Positions 62,810 through 64,000 of a stretch of DNA of 64,000 bases are shown in pieces. Source of the DNA: Epiperipatus broadwayi (lineage: Eukaryota > Animalia > Onychophora); the NCBI GenBank assembly GCA_028023455.1, contig JAQFVV010000006.1:16492001-16556000 (forward strand). Reading direction: 5' to 3'. The notes beneath the pieces were generated by a model. The model was given only the letters and a program-made list of their open reading frames with translations. It had not been told where the DNA came from and searched no databases. The stretch's first letter is position 1. The number at the start of each line of letters is the position of its first letter. The position numbers and the translations under genes are program-made.

Positions 62810-64000
62810 TCTTTAGCTTGCTTTTTTTTTCTGTAAATTGTTGTGGAGACCAGAATCCAAAATGATCGAGTAAAATAATATATTTACTGGCTCTTGAGCC
62901 AGATGGCTGCTCTCAGTTCCTCTAAACATTCCTTCGAATAGGCTTTCCAGCAACCTGCACGGAGAATATGAAGAAATTTAACCTATCTGAAAGGCCACTG
63001 AAGATTATGACGCTGTCAGACGCCCTATTCCCGCCACTATCATTGATATACGCTTCAAGTCCAATCAAGGAGGCAGAGAGATGGTAATAATTTTAAGAAA
63101 AACTGCAGTATGAACTTTAATCTATAAATTCTTATAACACTTTAAAAAGAACGTTCTATCTAAATTATAAAAACTCTTTAATTTTACCCTCTTATAAAAA
63201 GAAACTAACAATCTGTGTAACTTTATATATAATGTAAAAGAAGAAAAGATCACTTACTTTAATTTTATAAACTGCTGAAATCTTTTATGAATTAAAAGAT
63301 TTCATATTTTTTTTATATACTCATTAAATGTCCGAAATTTATTCTCTTCAATTCCTACAAACTAACGGTCTTGCCTAATTTCAGTAATTTTAATATTTTG
63401 TTTAAATGCATTTTGTTATGTTTAATATGTGATAATATGCTCAGATTTCGAAACAATGAAACTAAGTAAGTAATTTATAAAGGAGATAATTGTGATCTTC
63501 ACTTAGACATTTTAAAAGCATTGTTTATTTTATTAAATCATTGTTTCGAAATTATAATATTGGTAATAAACGAATGCGCTAACCACTAATTGTTATCATA
63601 GTTATATATATATTGTAGGATCGTATTTTTTAAGATTGCTTAACCGATCTTATATTATAACCTTTTTATATCTATTAGTTGGAAGGGGATATATATATTG
63701 TCTAGAGATGATAAAGTATATTTGCTAATGTTTGTATTAAGTCCCATCGAATATACTTTCCCTCCTTAATTAAGAATATTTATATGCAGATTCAGGATCT
63801 TAACTAGATTATTTTTATATAGTTTAAGCCCATTTTATTAGCAGACTTATAATGCTAATATTAAGAACTGTTTTGAATTAGCTTGACAGATAAAAGCTAT
63901 CTGTTTTAGGCGCAATTAATTATATGCATACTTATTGCTTTATATATATATATATTGCGTGCACTGCGGGTGTATTTTTATACAGTACACTTATATGTGT
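62810..64000. promoter_or_regulatory. CpG-retaining region at the window end (candidate promoter/5' exon)
   Basis: GC-richer block at 62820-63090 and frequent CpGs up to 64000 (cgaatgcgc, gatcgt, ggcgca, tgcgtgcactgcgg). Confidence 0.3.

Noticed and set aside
62860-63100. Coding exon in the GC-richer block
   Set aside because: Several short open frames on both strands, but none with convincing splice sites or a recognisable product.

Overview
Very AT-rich, CpG-depleted eukaryotic (metazoan, probably arthropod) genomic DNA that is mostly intronic/intergenic and packed with repeats. There is no long intact ORF, rRNA, intact tRNA gene or CRISPR array. Recognisable content: 12 copies of a ~100-115 bp SINE built almost entirely from tRNA-Gly(TCC), 10 of them with visible TSDs; several dead RTE-clade LINE fragments; a 3'-truncated L1/Tx1-like element (ORF1 remnant plus APE endonuclease); a LINE 3' end with a CCHC knuckle; two Merlin (IS1595/ISXO2-like) transposon remnants; four hAT MITEs or deletion derivatives; several minisatellites and tandem duplications; and a few weak candidate host exons near CpG-retaining patches. 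The most notable signal is a set of minimal type-I hammerhead ribozyme (HHR) motifs with palindromic stem III. They occur as divergent pairs inside long foldback elements (2291-2683, 29017-29581, 36880-37130, and degenerate 21151-21363), in a 13-bp-TSD element with an inverted end (31485-31758), and in a terminally redundant ~395-nt retrozyme-like unit with a 15-bp TSD (56911-57376). All calls come from reading the sequence by eye; no searches were run.
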